From the IMG/VR virus record IMGVR_UViG_3300042691_044733, positions 32,001 to 96,000 of that record: 64,000 nt of DNA; one strand, 5' to 3'. Below the pieces are notes generated by a model, which ran no database searches, was not told where the DNA came from, and saw only the letters and a program-made list of their open reading frames with translations. This document shows, piece after piece, positions 8,545 to 18,415 of this stretch; within the stretch, counting starts at the first letter, position 1, and each line of letters starts with the position of its first letter. Both the position numbers and the translations under genes were made by a program. The DNA comes from a virus.

Positions 8545-9843
8545 ATGAAAGTATTAAAAAGATTTAGCTCAACAGATTGGGAAAATTCTTTTTACGGCGG
8601 ATATCACAGGATGGTGAATAACTATCCTGTGATAAAAGGCTGTGATGAATTTCGTGGTCAGTTTTCTACTGATTATGGTACAAAAGTACTTTATGATCTG
8701 ACTTATTATGAAAGAGAGAAGCTTATTAAAATATTCTTAAATGAAATTAAAAAACATAATCTTTTAAATTCTTTAGTTTTTGGTTTAGATTTTAAAGATT
8801 TAGGTGTTGATAAAAGAGAATATATTTTTTCCAAAGGTTCGATCAAAAATTGCTTGTCTACTTTGATAAGTAAATCAGGAGAATTAAAAAGTTTATTTGT
8901 CTATTTTGCAGAAAGTTTATCTAATATGAGACTTTCTATAATTTTAAACAAAGATCAAAGTATATATGAAGCTTTGATTGGTATAGAAGAAGTAAAACCA
9001 TTTTGGCAAAACATAAGTATTACAAGTTTTAATAAAGATGGTAAAAGAAGTCTTATAACAAAAGTTATTGAAAAAAGTACTAACAAAGCAATATTTACAA
9101 AAAAAGAAATTGAATATGCTAACACATTCAAAAAACTTTTAGATGTAAATTTTGATAAAGGAATAATAAAAAATACTAATCTCTTGACTGGTAAATTGGA
9201 TGTAAGAAAACTTGCAGAATCTCAGTCAGGTTACATGCCAATTTATTATTCTTTAGAAGAATTTGAAAGAATGAAACCTTTTAGAGTAGCTCTTCTTATT
9301 GATGAAAGTGGTTCAATGGATTACACTTACAAAGCTCCAACTGCACAAACTCTTGCCAATGTTTTGTATTTAACTTTTAAAGATCTTTTACCTGCTCAGA
9401 ATTTATCAATTTTTGGACATAGTGGTGAAAATGATCCAGAGTTAAGAATTTATAAAGGATTTGAAGAAGATTTTGAATGTTATGAAGAAAGATCTGCTAG
9501 AATGTTTGTTAATAGATGTCAGAACTATGATGGTCCAATCGTAGAAAGAATTTATGAAAAATATTTAAAAGGATCTGATACAAACAATCTTTTCATAGTT
9601 ATTTCAGATGGTCAACCTGCTGGTTATCTTTATGGAAGTCAAAGTGATTATGTAGATTTGAAAAAGATTATTGAAAAGATTAGAAGAGAAAATATTGTTA
9701 CATTGGGAATCGGAATCAATTATTATAATATGGATTTTTATAAGTATTCTACAACAATGAGGGTTCCTCAGCAAACTATTGAATCTTGTATTGAAAAATT
9801 TGCAAAAACTATAAATAATGTTGTGAAACAGGAATTTTCTTAG
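8545..9843 (+). CDS. CobT-like vWA-domain protein (module 2)
   Basis: TGKLDVRKL linker, MIDAS LIDESGSM, NYDG, ISDGQP. Confidence 0.85.
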   Translation: MKVLKRFSSTDWENSFYGGYHRMVNNYPVIKGCDEFRGQFSTDYGTKVLYDLTYYEREKLIKIFLNEIKKHNLLNSLVFGLDFKDLGVDKREYIFSKGSIKNCLSTLISKSGELKSLFVYFAESLSNMRLSIILNKDQSIYEALIGIEEVKPFWQNISITSFNKDGKRSLITKVIEKSTNKAIFTKKEIEYANTFKKLLDVNFDKGIIKNTNLLTGKLDVRKLAESQSGYMPIYYSLEEFERMKPFRVALLIDESGSMDYTYKAPTAQTLANVLYLTFKDLLPAQNLSIFGHSGENDPELRIYKGFEEDFECYEERSARMFVNRCQNYDGPIVERIYEKYLKGSDTNNLFIVISDGQPAGYLYGSQSDYVDLKKIIEKIRRENIVTLGIGINYYNMDFYKYSTTMRVPQQTIESCIEKFAKTINNVVKQEFS

Positions 9844-9851
9844 TACATTTG
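9821..9851 (+). promoter_or_regulatory. Bacteroidota housekeeping-sigma-type promoter
   Basis: TTG (9821-9823), 20-nt spacer, TACATTTG (9844-9851), ~20 nt before the ATG at 9873. Confidence 0.5.
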
Positions 9852-9872
9852 CTTAAACAAAATAAATAAAAT

Positions 9873-10295
9873 ATGAACATTACATTTATTACAATGGGTG
9901 CTCTAGCAATTGTTTCTCTTATGCTAGCAGTTTCCCGTAGAAAAGCAATTAAGAAACTTGAGATTGCTGAAAGAGAATATCAAAATGCTGTAAGAGAAAA
10001 GAACACTTTTATGTCAGAGTCTTCAAAAAGACTTAAGGAAATTGAAATTCTAAAAGCTTCTAATATTAAACTTTCCACAGATTTGGAAACAACTGCAAAA
10101 GTTAGTATTGAAAGAGCTAATGAAATTGACAAATTTAAAAAAAGTGTAAATGATTTTGAAAATCGTTTGAAAACTTCTGAAGGTAAACTGCATGAGTGCA
10201 GAAAAACTTTGGAAGGATTTAAAAGTTTTAAATCTTCTCCTTCTCCAAAGAAAAAAGCTGCTGGTAAAGCAGAAAATAAAAATGAAAAAAAATAA
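9873..10295 (+). CDS. N-terminally membrane-anchored coiled-coil protein
   Basis: Hydrophobic N-terminus ITMGALAIVSLMLAV followed by a long charged helical region. Confidence 0.65.
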   Translation: MNITFITMGALAIVSLMLAVSRRKAIKKLEIAEREYQNAVREKNTFMSESSKRLKEIEILKASNIKLSTDLETTAKVSIERANEIDKFKKSVNDFENRLKTSEGKLHECRKTLEGFKSFKSSPSPKKKAAGKAENKNEKK

Positions 10296-10670
10296 ATGAA
10301 TCTCATTCCTGTAACAGTCAATTTCATCAAAAGTGGAAAAAAACTGTCTTTTAAAACAGATGATGATAAACTCATTTATGATACATTTGTGCAAAAGCTA
10401 CCTGAAAATGAAAATGTTTCTATGACTTTAGAAACACAATCAGATTCAGGTAGTTATGCACAATTATCTAAGATTCACAAATGCATAAGGGAATTAGCAG
10501 TTTTTACAGGATCTACATTTGAAGAAATGAAAGATATTGTAAAAATGCATTCTGGTCTTGTATTTTCAGATACAGTTATTTCTTTTTCTTCTTGCTCTAA
10601 AGAAGAGCTGGATTTAGTTATTAAATCAATATATGAAATTGGAGAAAAAGTTAGTTTTCCTCTTCCTTAA
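10296..10670 (+). CDS. NinB-like recombination-associated protein (tentative)
   Basis: SYAQLSKIHKCIRELAVFTGSTFEEMK...SFSSCSKEEL resembles the NinB/Orf pattern. Confidence 0.45.
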   Translation: MNLIPVTVNFIKSGKKLSFKTDDDKLIYDTFVQKLPENENVSMTLETQSDSGSYAQLSKIHKCIRELAVFTGSTFEEMKDIVKMHSGLVFSDTVISFSSCSKEELDLVIKSIYEIGEKVSFPLP

Positions 10671-10953
10671 AAGAGATTTCAATTTCTTCAATTTTAATTA
10701 ATTTTTGCTCTCTTGCGCATTCTTCAATATGTTGATGAAGTGCTAAAAGAGTTTCAAGATGATAAGCTTTTATATTTTCATTAGTTCTACCTGATTTGAA
10801 TAACTCAATCATATTTTTGAGTTCTTCTTCATTTTCAAATAGAAAATTACTGAATATAAGCTGTGTTAATCTTGCATAGATATTTCCTGTAACGGAAATG
10901 TTTATAGTAGCATCAAAGGGAACTACTTCAATTGTTTCTTTTTTTGGTGTCAT
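10651..10953 (-). CDS. hypothetical protein, inverted relative to the operon
   Basis: 100-aa ORF that fills an otherwise empty gap. TACTTTTG element on the - strand at 10975-10968. Confidence 0.65.
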   Translation of the reverse strand: MTPKKETIEVVPFDATINISVTGNIYARLTQLIFSNFLFENEEELKNMIELFKSGRTNENIKAYHLETLLALHQHIEECAREQKLIKIEEIEISFKEEEN

Positions 10954-10974
10954 AAAATTATTTTTTACAAAAGT

Positions 10975-11679
10975 ATGATAAAAGAAATAAATTTACAAGA
11001 AATAAGAAATAAAATAGTTGAAAAGATTAAACTCACTGATTGGTACCCCGCTATAGGAATGTATTTACATAGTGAGGAATTTTTAAAATTATTGAATTTT
11101 TTATTAATTGAATCACAAGAAGGTCGTAGATTTGTACCTGAATTAAAGTATGTATTTAATGCATTTGAACAATGTAGTTTGAAAGATTTATCTGTAGTTT
11201 TTGTAGGGTATGATCCTTATCCTCAAATATTAGTTCCAGATGGTTTATGTTTTTCATGCAGTAGGCAGCCAAGAGTTGAAAAGTCTTTAGATTTTATGTT
11301 TAAAGAACTTATTCTTCAGTACCCAAATGCTTCCTTAAACCCAGATTTAAAACATTGGGCAAATCAAGGAATATTGTTGTTCAACAGTTCATTAACAACA
11401 AGACCTGGAAAACCAGGTGCACATTCTCTTATATGGAAAGAATTTACAATATTGATTTTGGATTACCTTGCTTGGAATAAACCAGATTTATTATATGTAT
11501 TTTTTGGTAAAAATGCTCAGGAATTTGCAAAACTTGTTCCTGACAGTAATTACAAAAAATTATTAATACATCCAGCTGCTGCTGCACACAATCATTCTGA
11601 AAGATGGGATTCTCAAAACTTATTTGTTGAAATAAATGAAATGCTTTTAAGATTAAATAAAAAACCTATTAATTGGTAA
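10975..11679 (+). CDS. ung: uracil-DNA glycosylase (family 1, divergent motifs)
   Basis: VFNAF, VGYDPYP, DGLCFS, WANQGILLFN, HPAAAA. Confidence 0.85.
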   Translation: MIKEINLQEIRNKIVEKIKLTDWYPAIGMYLHSEEFLKLLNFLLIESQEGRRFVPELKYVFNAFEQCSLKDLSVVFVGYDPYPQILVPDGLCFSCSRQPRVEKSLDFMFKELILQYPNASLNPDLKHWANQGILLFNSSLTTRPGKPGAHSLIWKEFTILILDYLAWNKPDLLYVFFGKNAQEFAKLVPDSNYKKLLIHPAAAAHNHSERWDSQNLFVEINEMLLRLNKKPINW

Positions 11680-12245
11680 TGAACATTCATGAAACAGTTA
11701 AGAAATACAAGCTAACACCTAACCAATTATATTTGTTATGGTGCATAGGTACTAAGAAACAACCCAGTACTATTGATACAAATACAGAGTTTAGAAAATT
11801 AAAAGCTCTGGGCATTGTTGACGATAAACTAACTATATCAGATCAAGGTTTGATTATTTTAGATTCTTTGTCTGAAAAGACAGATAAATCTGAAAATGTT
11901 ACAATATTCTCAGATAATGTCAAACAATACATAAAATTGTTCCCTCCTGGAAAATTACCAAGTGGAAAACCATCAAGAATAAATGAAAAAACAATTACAA
12001 CATGTTTTAAATGGTTTTTTGCAAATTATAATTATTCATGGGATACAATTTTTAAAGCAACAAAACATTATGTTTCAACATTTGAAGATACAGATTACAA
12101 ATACATGCGTAATAGTCAATACTTCATTGTAAAAAGCATAAATAATTCAATGAAAGATTCTGAGTTAGCAGATTATTGTGATATGATTTTATCAAAATCA
12201 TTACAAGAAAATGATAATCAAGGATTTAAAGACAATGTTGTATGA
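11673..12245 (+). CDS. putative replication initiator/helicase-loader-like protein
   Basis: HTH-like N-terminus and position directly upstream of DnaB with ATGA overlap. Function inferred from context. Confidence 0.45.
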   Translation: MVMNIHETVKKYKLTPNQLYLLWCIGTKKQPSTIDTNTEFRKLKALGIVDDKLTISDQGLIILDSLSEKTDKSENVTIFSDNVKQYIKLFPPGKLPSGKPSRINEKTITTCFKWFFANYNYSWDTIFKATKHYVSTFEDTDYKYMRNSQYFIVKSINNSMKDSELADYCDMILSKSLQENDNQGFKDNVV

Positions 12246-13216
12246 AAAAATGGAAATCTAAAGAAGAGGGTTTTAAAGAATCAATTCTTTATATGAGGGG
12301 TAGAAAATCTGGAGAAATTAAAAGCTTCAGAACTCCTTGGCATAAAGTAAATGATGCTGGTACAGATGGATTTGAATTTCATACTATTGTTGTTGTTGGA
12401 GGTAGACCAGGTAGTGGCAAAACACTAATGATTGATCAAATAATTAGAGAAGGAATAGAAATCAATAAAGATGTTCCTTTTAGAGCATTACAATTTCAGT
12501 TTGAGATGACTAATAGAGCAAGTGCTTTACGTGAGTATAGTAGTGCTATTGGAAGATCTTACAAGTATTTATGTAGTGCAGATGGAGTTTTAAGTGAAGA
12601 GGATTTAAACAGATGTATAGCTTATGCGGAAAAAGCAAAAGATTACCCAATTGATGTGATAGATGAACCTTATACAGTTTTAGAAATAGAAAACATTATA
12701 AAGGATTACATGAAAGCACATGCTATAATGCAAGATGGTAAATTTGTTAGATATACAAATACAGTTATCACTTTAGATCACTCTGTACTTGTGAAAAAAG
12801 CACCTTATGAAAAAGATGACACGGAAATGTTATATAATTTAGGTGCCGCGTTGACAAGACTTAAGAAAAAATATCCTATTTGTTTTATTATTCTTACTCA
12901 ATTAAACAGATCAATAGAAAACCCAGAAAGATGTGAAAATGGCAAATACAGTAATCATGTTACCACTGCGGATGTGTTTGGGGCCGACAGTTTATTAATG
13001 CATTGTGATATGTTAATTGCTTTGGATAGACCTGCATTAAGAAAAATAAAATTCTATGGTCCAGATAAATACATTATTGATGATGAAGGTATAATTGTCT
13101 TTCATTTTCTTAAATGTAGAAATGGTGATCCAAGAATGAGCTTCTTTAAAGCAAATTTTAAAGCGATGAGGATTGAAGATGCAAGAACACCAGATAAAAA
13201 ACCAGCATCTTTTTAA
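12242..13216 (+). CDS. dnaB: DnaB-like replicative helicase (ATPase domain only)
   Basis: GGRPGSGKT, FQFEM, ITLDH, LTQLNR, KCRNG. Confidence 0.85.
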   Translation: MKKWKSKEEGFKESILYMRGRKSGEIKSFRTPWHKVNDAGTDGFEFHTIVVVGGRPGSGKTLMIDQIIREGIEINKDVPFRALQFQFEMTNRASALREYSSAIGRSYKYLCSADGVLSEEDLNRCIAYAEKAKDYPIDVIDEPYTVLEIENIIKDYMKAHAIMQDGKFVRYTNTVITLDHSVLVKKAPYEKDDTEMLYNLGAALTRLKKKYPICFIILTQLNRSIENPERCENGKYSNHVTTADVFGADSLLMHCDMLIALDRPALRKIKFYGPDKYIIDDEGIIVFHFLKCRNGDPRMSFFKANFKAMRIEDARTPDKKPASF

Positions 13217-13228
13217 AAAAATACTAAA

Positions 13229-13750
13229 ATGGTAAAAGTAGAAATAAGTACTTCGTCAAAAATAGCTAAGTTAAGGGAGTACCATGAAAAAACATTAGAA
13301 TCTGTTGGTGCTAAAGATGCATATTTTTATCCAAAAATGGCATACAAACCAAGAGGTAAAGAAGATTTAGTCATAGGTATGTTTCCCAGTGAATTAAAAA
13401 AAGAAACAGATATTTACACTGAATTTGTCAGTAAAGAATATGAACCTGAAGATCCAGATAGAAGTTTATACAAATGGAGCTATAACCCATATTGGGAATC
13501 GGAATATGAAAAAACTGAAATAAATACTAGTGGTCAATTCAGGTATTTAATTCCTATCGCAGAATTAGAAAAAATAGAAAGACCAGTTTCTGAATTAGAA
13601 ATTGACAAAAAGTCAGGTAAAATTGTCATTAAAAAAAGTTTGGAAAAACTTTTGATTAAAGACTTAAATGTATTAGATTTACTTACCATTCTTTACAAGA
13701 AACCACTGAGTTCTAATTCTGATTTAAATGATCTTATAACAAAAATATGA
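13229..13750 (+). CDS. hypothetical protein
   Basis: 173-aa ORF in the replication operon. Confidence 0.7.
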   Translation: MVKVEISTSSKIAKLREYHEKTLESVGAKDAYFYPKMAYKPRGKEDLVIGMFPSELKKETDIYTEFVSKEYEPEDPDRSLYKWSYNPYWESEYEKTEINTSGQFRYLIPIAELEKIERPVSELEIDKKSGKIVIKKSLEKLLIKDLNVLDLLTILYKKPLSSNSDLNDLITKI

Positions 13751-14502
13751 TAATTGACGATTTTGTATTACCTACAACGAAAGTTAAACCTTTAACAAGT
13801 AGTCCTGAAAATTTAATTCTTTTTTCTAAACCTAAGTGTGGAAAAACAAGTCTGATTTCAAAATTAGATGATTGTTTAATTCTTGACACTGAGAAAGGTT
13901 CAAGATATTTAGAAGCTTTAAAAGTAGAGATTGACAGTGTTGAAGATTTAATGAAAGTTGGAAAAGCAATTAAAAGTGCGGGTTTTCCGTACAAATATGT
14001 TGCTGTAGATACAGTTACTGCATTAGAAGATATTTTAATTCCTTATGCAGAAAGATTGTATTCAAATAAACCACAAGGTGCAAAATGGTTTGAACCTGGT
14101 GGAGGAAAAGAAAAATATGGTAGTATTTTACATCTACCAAATGGAGCAGGATATATGTTCATAAGAGAAGCTTATGACAAGATTATTGAGTATATCAAAA
14201 AACTTGCTCCAAGAACAATACTTATAGGTCACGTTAAAGATACTATTCTAGAAAAGAATGGTGCTGAATTTAACAGTTTAGACCTGGATCTTACAGGTAA
14301 AATCAAACGTATAGCATGTTCAAGAGCAGATGCTATTGGATATATTTACCGTAAAGGAGATAAAAATTATATTAGTTTTAAAACTAGTGATGAAGTTTCA
14401 TGCGGAGCACGTAATGAACACTTAAAAAACCAAGAATTCGTAATTTCTGAGTATGTTGATGGAGTTTACACAACATACTGGGATAAAATATATATTGATT
14501 AA
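13747..14502 (+). CDS. Sak4/AAA_24-like P-loop recombination ATPase
   Basis: SKPKCGKT, LDTEKG, VAVDTVT, LIGH, ADAIGY. Adjacent to an SSB-like gene. Confidence 0.75.
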   Translation: MIIDDFVLPTTKVKPLTSSPENLILFSKPKCGKTSLISKLDDCLILDTEKGSRYLEALKVEIDSVEDLMKVGKAIKSAGFPYKYVAVDTVTALEDILIPYAERLYSNKPQGAKWFEPGGGKEKYGSILHLPNGAGYMFIREAYDKIIEYIKKLAPRTILIGHVKDTILEKNGAEFNSLDLDLTGKIKRIACSRADAIGYIYRKGDKNYISFKTSDEVSCGARNEHLKNQEFVISEYVDGVYTTYWDKIYID

Positions 14503-14513
14503 AAAATAAAAAG

Positions 14514-15188
14514 ATGATAAGTACAACATCAATTCCTACTTCAGGTAGTAGCATTTCAAAAGTAATTGAACCAGGAAATGTTACATGTAAAATCACAAAA
14601 GTGACTTTGGATCCAGTTCCTTATAAAGCAGGAGCCTTAAATATTAATCTTCATGTTGAAACTGAACCTATTGGTGGAGATTTTGAAGGTTTTTTGATTG
14701 ATAAAGATACTCCTGATTTAGGAAGATATCAAGGTCAAATTGGTAGAATTAGAATGGCAGAGTATCCTTTTGCTGATGGTTTAACAAAAACCAACATTGA
14801 AATTAAAAGAGATACTGAAATGCTCAAACGTTTAGATCTTCTTTGCAAAGAGTTGAATTGTTCAGACTGGTTGCAAGCACAGGATAACAAACATGAAACC
14901 ATTGAATCATTGTTTGAACAATTTAATATTGATAAACCATATGCAGATAAATATCTGTACATGTGTGTAGGTGGTAAAGAATATTTAAACAAAGAAGGTT
15001 ATGTTAACTACGATTTGTTTTTACCTAAAGCTGTAAAAGGCAAGTATGCTTTCAAAAATGTTGATGATAAAACTCATGTAATGGAATTTGAAAAAGTAGA
15101 ACATATTAAAAGAATTCCTTCAAAAGTAACTGTTGCGGAGTTTGGTACTCCTGTAACAAAAGCAACACATGATGACTTAGATATCTAA
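14514..15188 (+). CDS. putative single-stranded DNA-binding protein
   Basis: IEPGNVTCKITKV beta-rich start, acidic tail DDLDI, follows the Sak4-like gene. Confidence 0.55.
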   Translation: MISTTSIPTSGSSISKVIEPGNVTCKITKVTLDPVPYKAGALNINLHVETEPIGGDFEGFLIDKDTPDLGRYQGQIGRIRMAEYPFADGLTKTNIEIKRDTEMLKRLDLLCKELNCSDWLQAQDNKHETIESLFEQFNIDKPYADKYLYMCVGGKEYLNKEGYVNYDLFLPKAVKGKYAFKNVDDKTHVMEFEKVEHIKRIPSKVTVAEFGTPVTKATHDDLDI

Positions 15189-15206
15189 GTCACTAATAAA
15201 TAAATT

Positions 15207-15240
15207 ATAATAAGGGGAGTAAAATCCCCTTATTATTTTT
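15207..15240 (+). terminator. intrinsic terminator
   Basis: 12-bp stem ATAATAAGGGGA/TCCCCTTATTAT, loop GTAAAA, then T-run. Confidence 0.75.
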
Positions 15241-15253
15241 ATATAACTTCAAT

Positions 15254-16213
15254 ATGTTAAGCACAAAGAATATTATACATTCAATAATTGATGTTCCTAC
15301 ATCATGGGTTTTTGAAAAATATTGTAGTTTAAACGAAAAATTAACAGGTCAAACTTGTAAAATTAAATCTATTTTTAATCCTAAAGATAGAACTCCTTCT
15401 ATGTATATATTTCCTAGTGGAAATTTATATGTATTTAAAGATTTTTCAACTGGTTTAGGTGGGGATTGTATAGATCTTGTAGCTAATGTATTAGCTGTTC
15501 CAAGAGCAAAAGCAATATCAGTAATTATTGAAGAATATAATAATTATTGTAAACTTAATGAAGTAGAACCAAGAAAATTTACAATACAAAGTAATTTAAG
15601 ATACAATTTTGAAGATTGTAAAACTAGAGAATGGAATTCTTTAGATGCTAAGTATTGGAATCAGTATAATATTTCTTCAGAATTATTAGGAGAATATGGT
15701 ATTAAACCATTAGAATCTTTTACTTTTTCATATTACAGTGAAAAAGGTGTAGAATTTTTAACAAGTTCTAAAAATTATACATATGGTTTTTTTGATATTG
15801 ACAATAGAATATATAAAATATATCAACCATATGGATCAAAGAAATATTTAAAACTAAAAGATTATTTACAAGGTTCTGATCAGTTACCAGTAAATGGAAA
15901 AAATCTTTTTATTTGTTCAGGTATGAAGGATGGATTAGCTTTAAAAACATTGTTTAGTAAAGTTAATTTCATAGCACCTGATTCAGAACAAACAATAATA
16001 AACGAAAAAATAATAACAGATTTAAAACTAAGGTTTTCTAACATATTTGTATTGTTTGATACAGATGAAGCAGGTGTTTCAGGTATGAAAAAATATAATG
16101 AAAAGTATGGATTAAAAACTATACTTTTACCGAAACACAAAGATCTTGCGGATTTTGTAAAATACGAAGGTATTAAGGAATCCAAAAAGGTTATAAATCA
16201 GTTAATTAAATGA
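15254..16213 (+). CDS. DNA primase (TOPRIM, crAss-like type)
   Basis: DRTPSM...FKDFSTGLGGD N-domain. TOPRIM-like ICSGMKD and LFDTDEAG, then KDLAD. Confidence 0.8.
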   Translation: MLSTKNIIHSIIDVPTSWVFEKYCSLNEKLTGQTCKIKSIFNPKDRTPSMYIFPSGNLYVFKDFSTGLGGDCIDLVANVLAVPRAKAISVIIEEYNNYCKLNEVEPRKFTIQSNLRYNFEDCKTREWNSLDAKYWNQYNISSELLGEYGIKPLESFTFSYYSEKGVEFLTSSKNYTYGFFDIDNRIYKIYQPYGSKKYLKLKDYLQGSDQLPVNGKNLFICSGMKDGLALKTLFSKVNFIAPDSEQTIINEKIITDLKLRFSNIFVLFDTDEAGVSGMKKYNEKYGLKTILLPKHKDLADFVKYEGIKESKKVINQLIK

Positions 16214-16779
16214 TAGATTTAAATGTACCACTTAAAAAAAGTTTTACAACTTATATTGGAGTGGATATTGGTAAAAAAGGTGGTATATGTGTAATGAATT
16301 CAGATAATGAAACTTACAAATTACACAAAATACCAATAAAATTAAATGACATAGATATTCCATTCATTAAAGATATACTAGAAAATATAGTTACTTCTCA
16401 TTTTAACAAAGAAGGTTCTAAAGTAGTATTGATTTTTGAAAAGTTAGGATTGATCTATGGCAGTTCAAAAGCAACTGCATTTTCAATGGGATATCAATCT
16501 GGAATATTTGAAGGTATTGGAATTTCTCTTGGATGCGAAGTAATAAAAATTCCTGCTGTTAAATGGCAAAAGGAAATGTTTAAAGAAATACCAGAACAAA
16601 AGAAACCTTTTGGGAAAAGAGATACAAAAAAAATGGCATTAGAGGCTGCAAAAAAAATTATCAAGAGTAAAAAAGTTACAGAAAATTTTATAATTGGTGG
16701 TAAAAGAATTAAAATTCCACATGACGGATTAGTTGATGCTTTTTTAATTGCACAATATGCTAAAAATTTAAATTTATGA
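16210..16779 (+). CDS. RuvC-like Holliday junction resolvase
   Basis: IGVDIGKKGG, IFEK, PAVKWQK, DGLVDAFLIA. Confidence 0.75.
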   Translation: MIDLNVPLKKSFTTYIGVDIGKKGGICVMNSDNETYKLHKIPIKLNDIDIPFIKDILENIVTSHFNKEGSKVVLIFEKLGLIYGSSKATAFSMGYQSGIFEGIGISLGCEVIKIPAVKWQKEMFKEIPEQKKPFGKRDTKKMALEAAKKIIKSKKVTENFIIGGKRIKIPHDGLVDAFLIAQYAKNLNL

Positions 16780-17897
16780 ATGGAGAAAGATTAGCAAAAA
16801 TAATTAAAACAATGATGCTTAAATATCCATTTTATGGTTTATATGCATCAACATTAAATAAAAAATTTACAAAGGATATTAAAACTTTAGCAGTTGCAAA
16901 AAACGGAATATTTTGTGAATTACTTATTAATCCAGATTACTTAGAATCTTTACCAGAAGATTTGCAAGAAAATGCTTTAATTCATGAACTTCTTCATATT
17001 TGTTTTGAGCACCCTTATATAGCAAAAGAATATCCTAATAAAAAAGCATTTAATTATGCTGTAGATCTTGAGGTTAATTCTTATTTAGATAAGATTAAAG
17101 ATGATTGGGTTAGTGTAAACTCTCCAGAATTCAAGCATCTGAATTTAAGTCCTAAAATGGGTACTAAGTATTACTATCCTATTATGGTTCAAGAATTAAA
17201 AAATAACCCTTCATTAGGAGATAAATACCGAGATAATGATTGGAATGGTTTTGATGATTTGGATGAAGCAACAGAAAAGTTAGAAAGAGAACAATTAAGG
17301 TTTACATTAGAAAATGTTGCTGAAGAAATAAAAAAAAGCTGTGGTTCTGTTCCTGGATTTGTAGAAGAATTGCTTAAAAGTTTTCAACTTAAAAAACCAA
17401 AATTTGATTGGAAATCATATGTTAGAAAATTTGTGGGGTTTACAATTAATTATAATATAAAACGATCTAGATCTAAGGTGAATAAAAGATTTGAAGAAAA
17501 CCCAGGATTAAAACTACAAAGAAAAAAACATATAATGGTTGCAATTGATACATCTGGATCTGTTAGTTTAGAAGAGTTAAAAGAGTTTATGAATGAGATT
17601 AATCATATTCATAAAACAGGATCTGATGTTACAGTTGTTCAAGCGGATACAAGGATTAATTCAATTAAGAAATTTAATCCTAAAGAAGAAATAAAGATTG
17701 CAGGTAGAGGAGGAACTAGTTTTGAAGAAGTTTTAGAGCATTTTAATGAAAGTAAAGATTATACTGTAGGTATATACTTCACTGATGGAGAATGTAATAC
17801 AAATCAAAAAATTAAAAAACCTTTTCTGTGGGTTTTATCTTCAAAATCTCAAGATAATTCAACTTTACCAGGTAAAAGAATAATATTACCAAAATGA
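16776..17897 (+). CDS. metallopeptidase-like + vWA protein (DUF2201-type, module 3)
   Basis: HELLH, NYAVDLEVN, MIDAS IDTSGSV, GRGGT, FTDG. Confidence 0.85.
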   Translation: MNGERLAKIIKTMMLKYPFYGLYASTLNKKFTKDIKTLAVAKNGIFCELLINPDYLESLPEDLQENALIHELLHICFEHPYIAKEYPNKKAFNYAVDLEVNSYLDKIKDDWVSVNSPEFKHLNLSPKMGTKYYYPIMVQELKNNPSLGDKYRDNDWNGFDDLDEATEKLEREQLRFTLENVAEEIKKSCGSVPGFVEELLKSFQLKKPKFDWKSYVRKFVGFTINYNIKRSRSKVNKRFEENPGLKLQRKKHIMVAIDTSGSVSLEELKEFMNEINHIHKTGSDVTVVQADTRINSIKKFNPKEEIKIAGRGGTSFEEVLEHFNESKDYTVGIYFTDGECNTNQKIKKPFLWVLSSKSQDNSTLPGKRIILPK

Positions 17898-18415
17898 AAT
17901 ACGTAGTAGTAGATGTAGAAGCAGACGGAGAAATTCCAGGAACAAATTGTTATTCAATGGTTTGTTTTGGTGCTGTAGTAGTAGATAAAGAAGGAAAATT
18001 TGATAAAACTTTCTATGGTAAAACCAAACCAATTAGTTCTAAATGGAAACCAGAAGCATTAAAAATCAGTGGTTTTTCTAGAGCAGAGCATTTGAAATTT
18101 GATGATCCTTATGAGGTGATGATGAATTTTAAAAATTGGTTGAAAGAACAAGATAAGTGTATTTTTATTAGTGATAATTTAGCTTTTGATTGGCAATTTA
18201 TAAATTGGTATTTTCATTATTTTACTGGAGGAAATCCATTTGGATTTTCAGGTCAAAGAATTGGAGATAAATTTCAAGGATTTTTAAATGATCCTTTTTA
18301 TAAATGGAAAAAACACAGAGAAACTTATCACGATCATAATCCTGTTAATGATGCTAAAGGAAATGCAGAAGCATTATTGTATTTATACAAACAAGGTTAT
18401 AAACTTTTTAAATAA
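17894..18415 (+). CDS. DEDDh 3'-5' exonuclease (Rv2179c/RNase AS-like)
   Basis: VDVEADG, NLAFDW, HNPVNDA. Confidence 0.8.
   Translation: MKYVVVDVEADGEIPGTNCYSMVCFGAVVVDKEGKFDKTFYGKTKPISSKWKPEALKISGFSRAEHLKFDDPYEVMMNFKNWLKEQDKCIFISDNLAFDWQFINWYFHYFTGGNPFGFSGQRIGDKFQGFLNDPFYKWKKHRETYHDHNPVNDAKGNAEALLYLYKQGYKLFK

Noticed and set aside
9873-10295. Spanin call for the membrane-anchored coiled-coil protein
   Set aside because: No adjacent lipoprotein, endolysin or holin, and it lies in the replication arm.
15254-16213. Primase lacking the TOPRIM Glu and CHC2 zinc ligands, read as a dead enzyme
   Set aside because: To my knowledge this is typical of crAss-like primases. The DxD motif and the ORF are intact.
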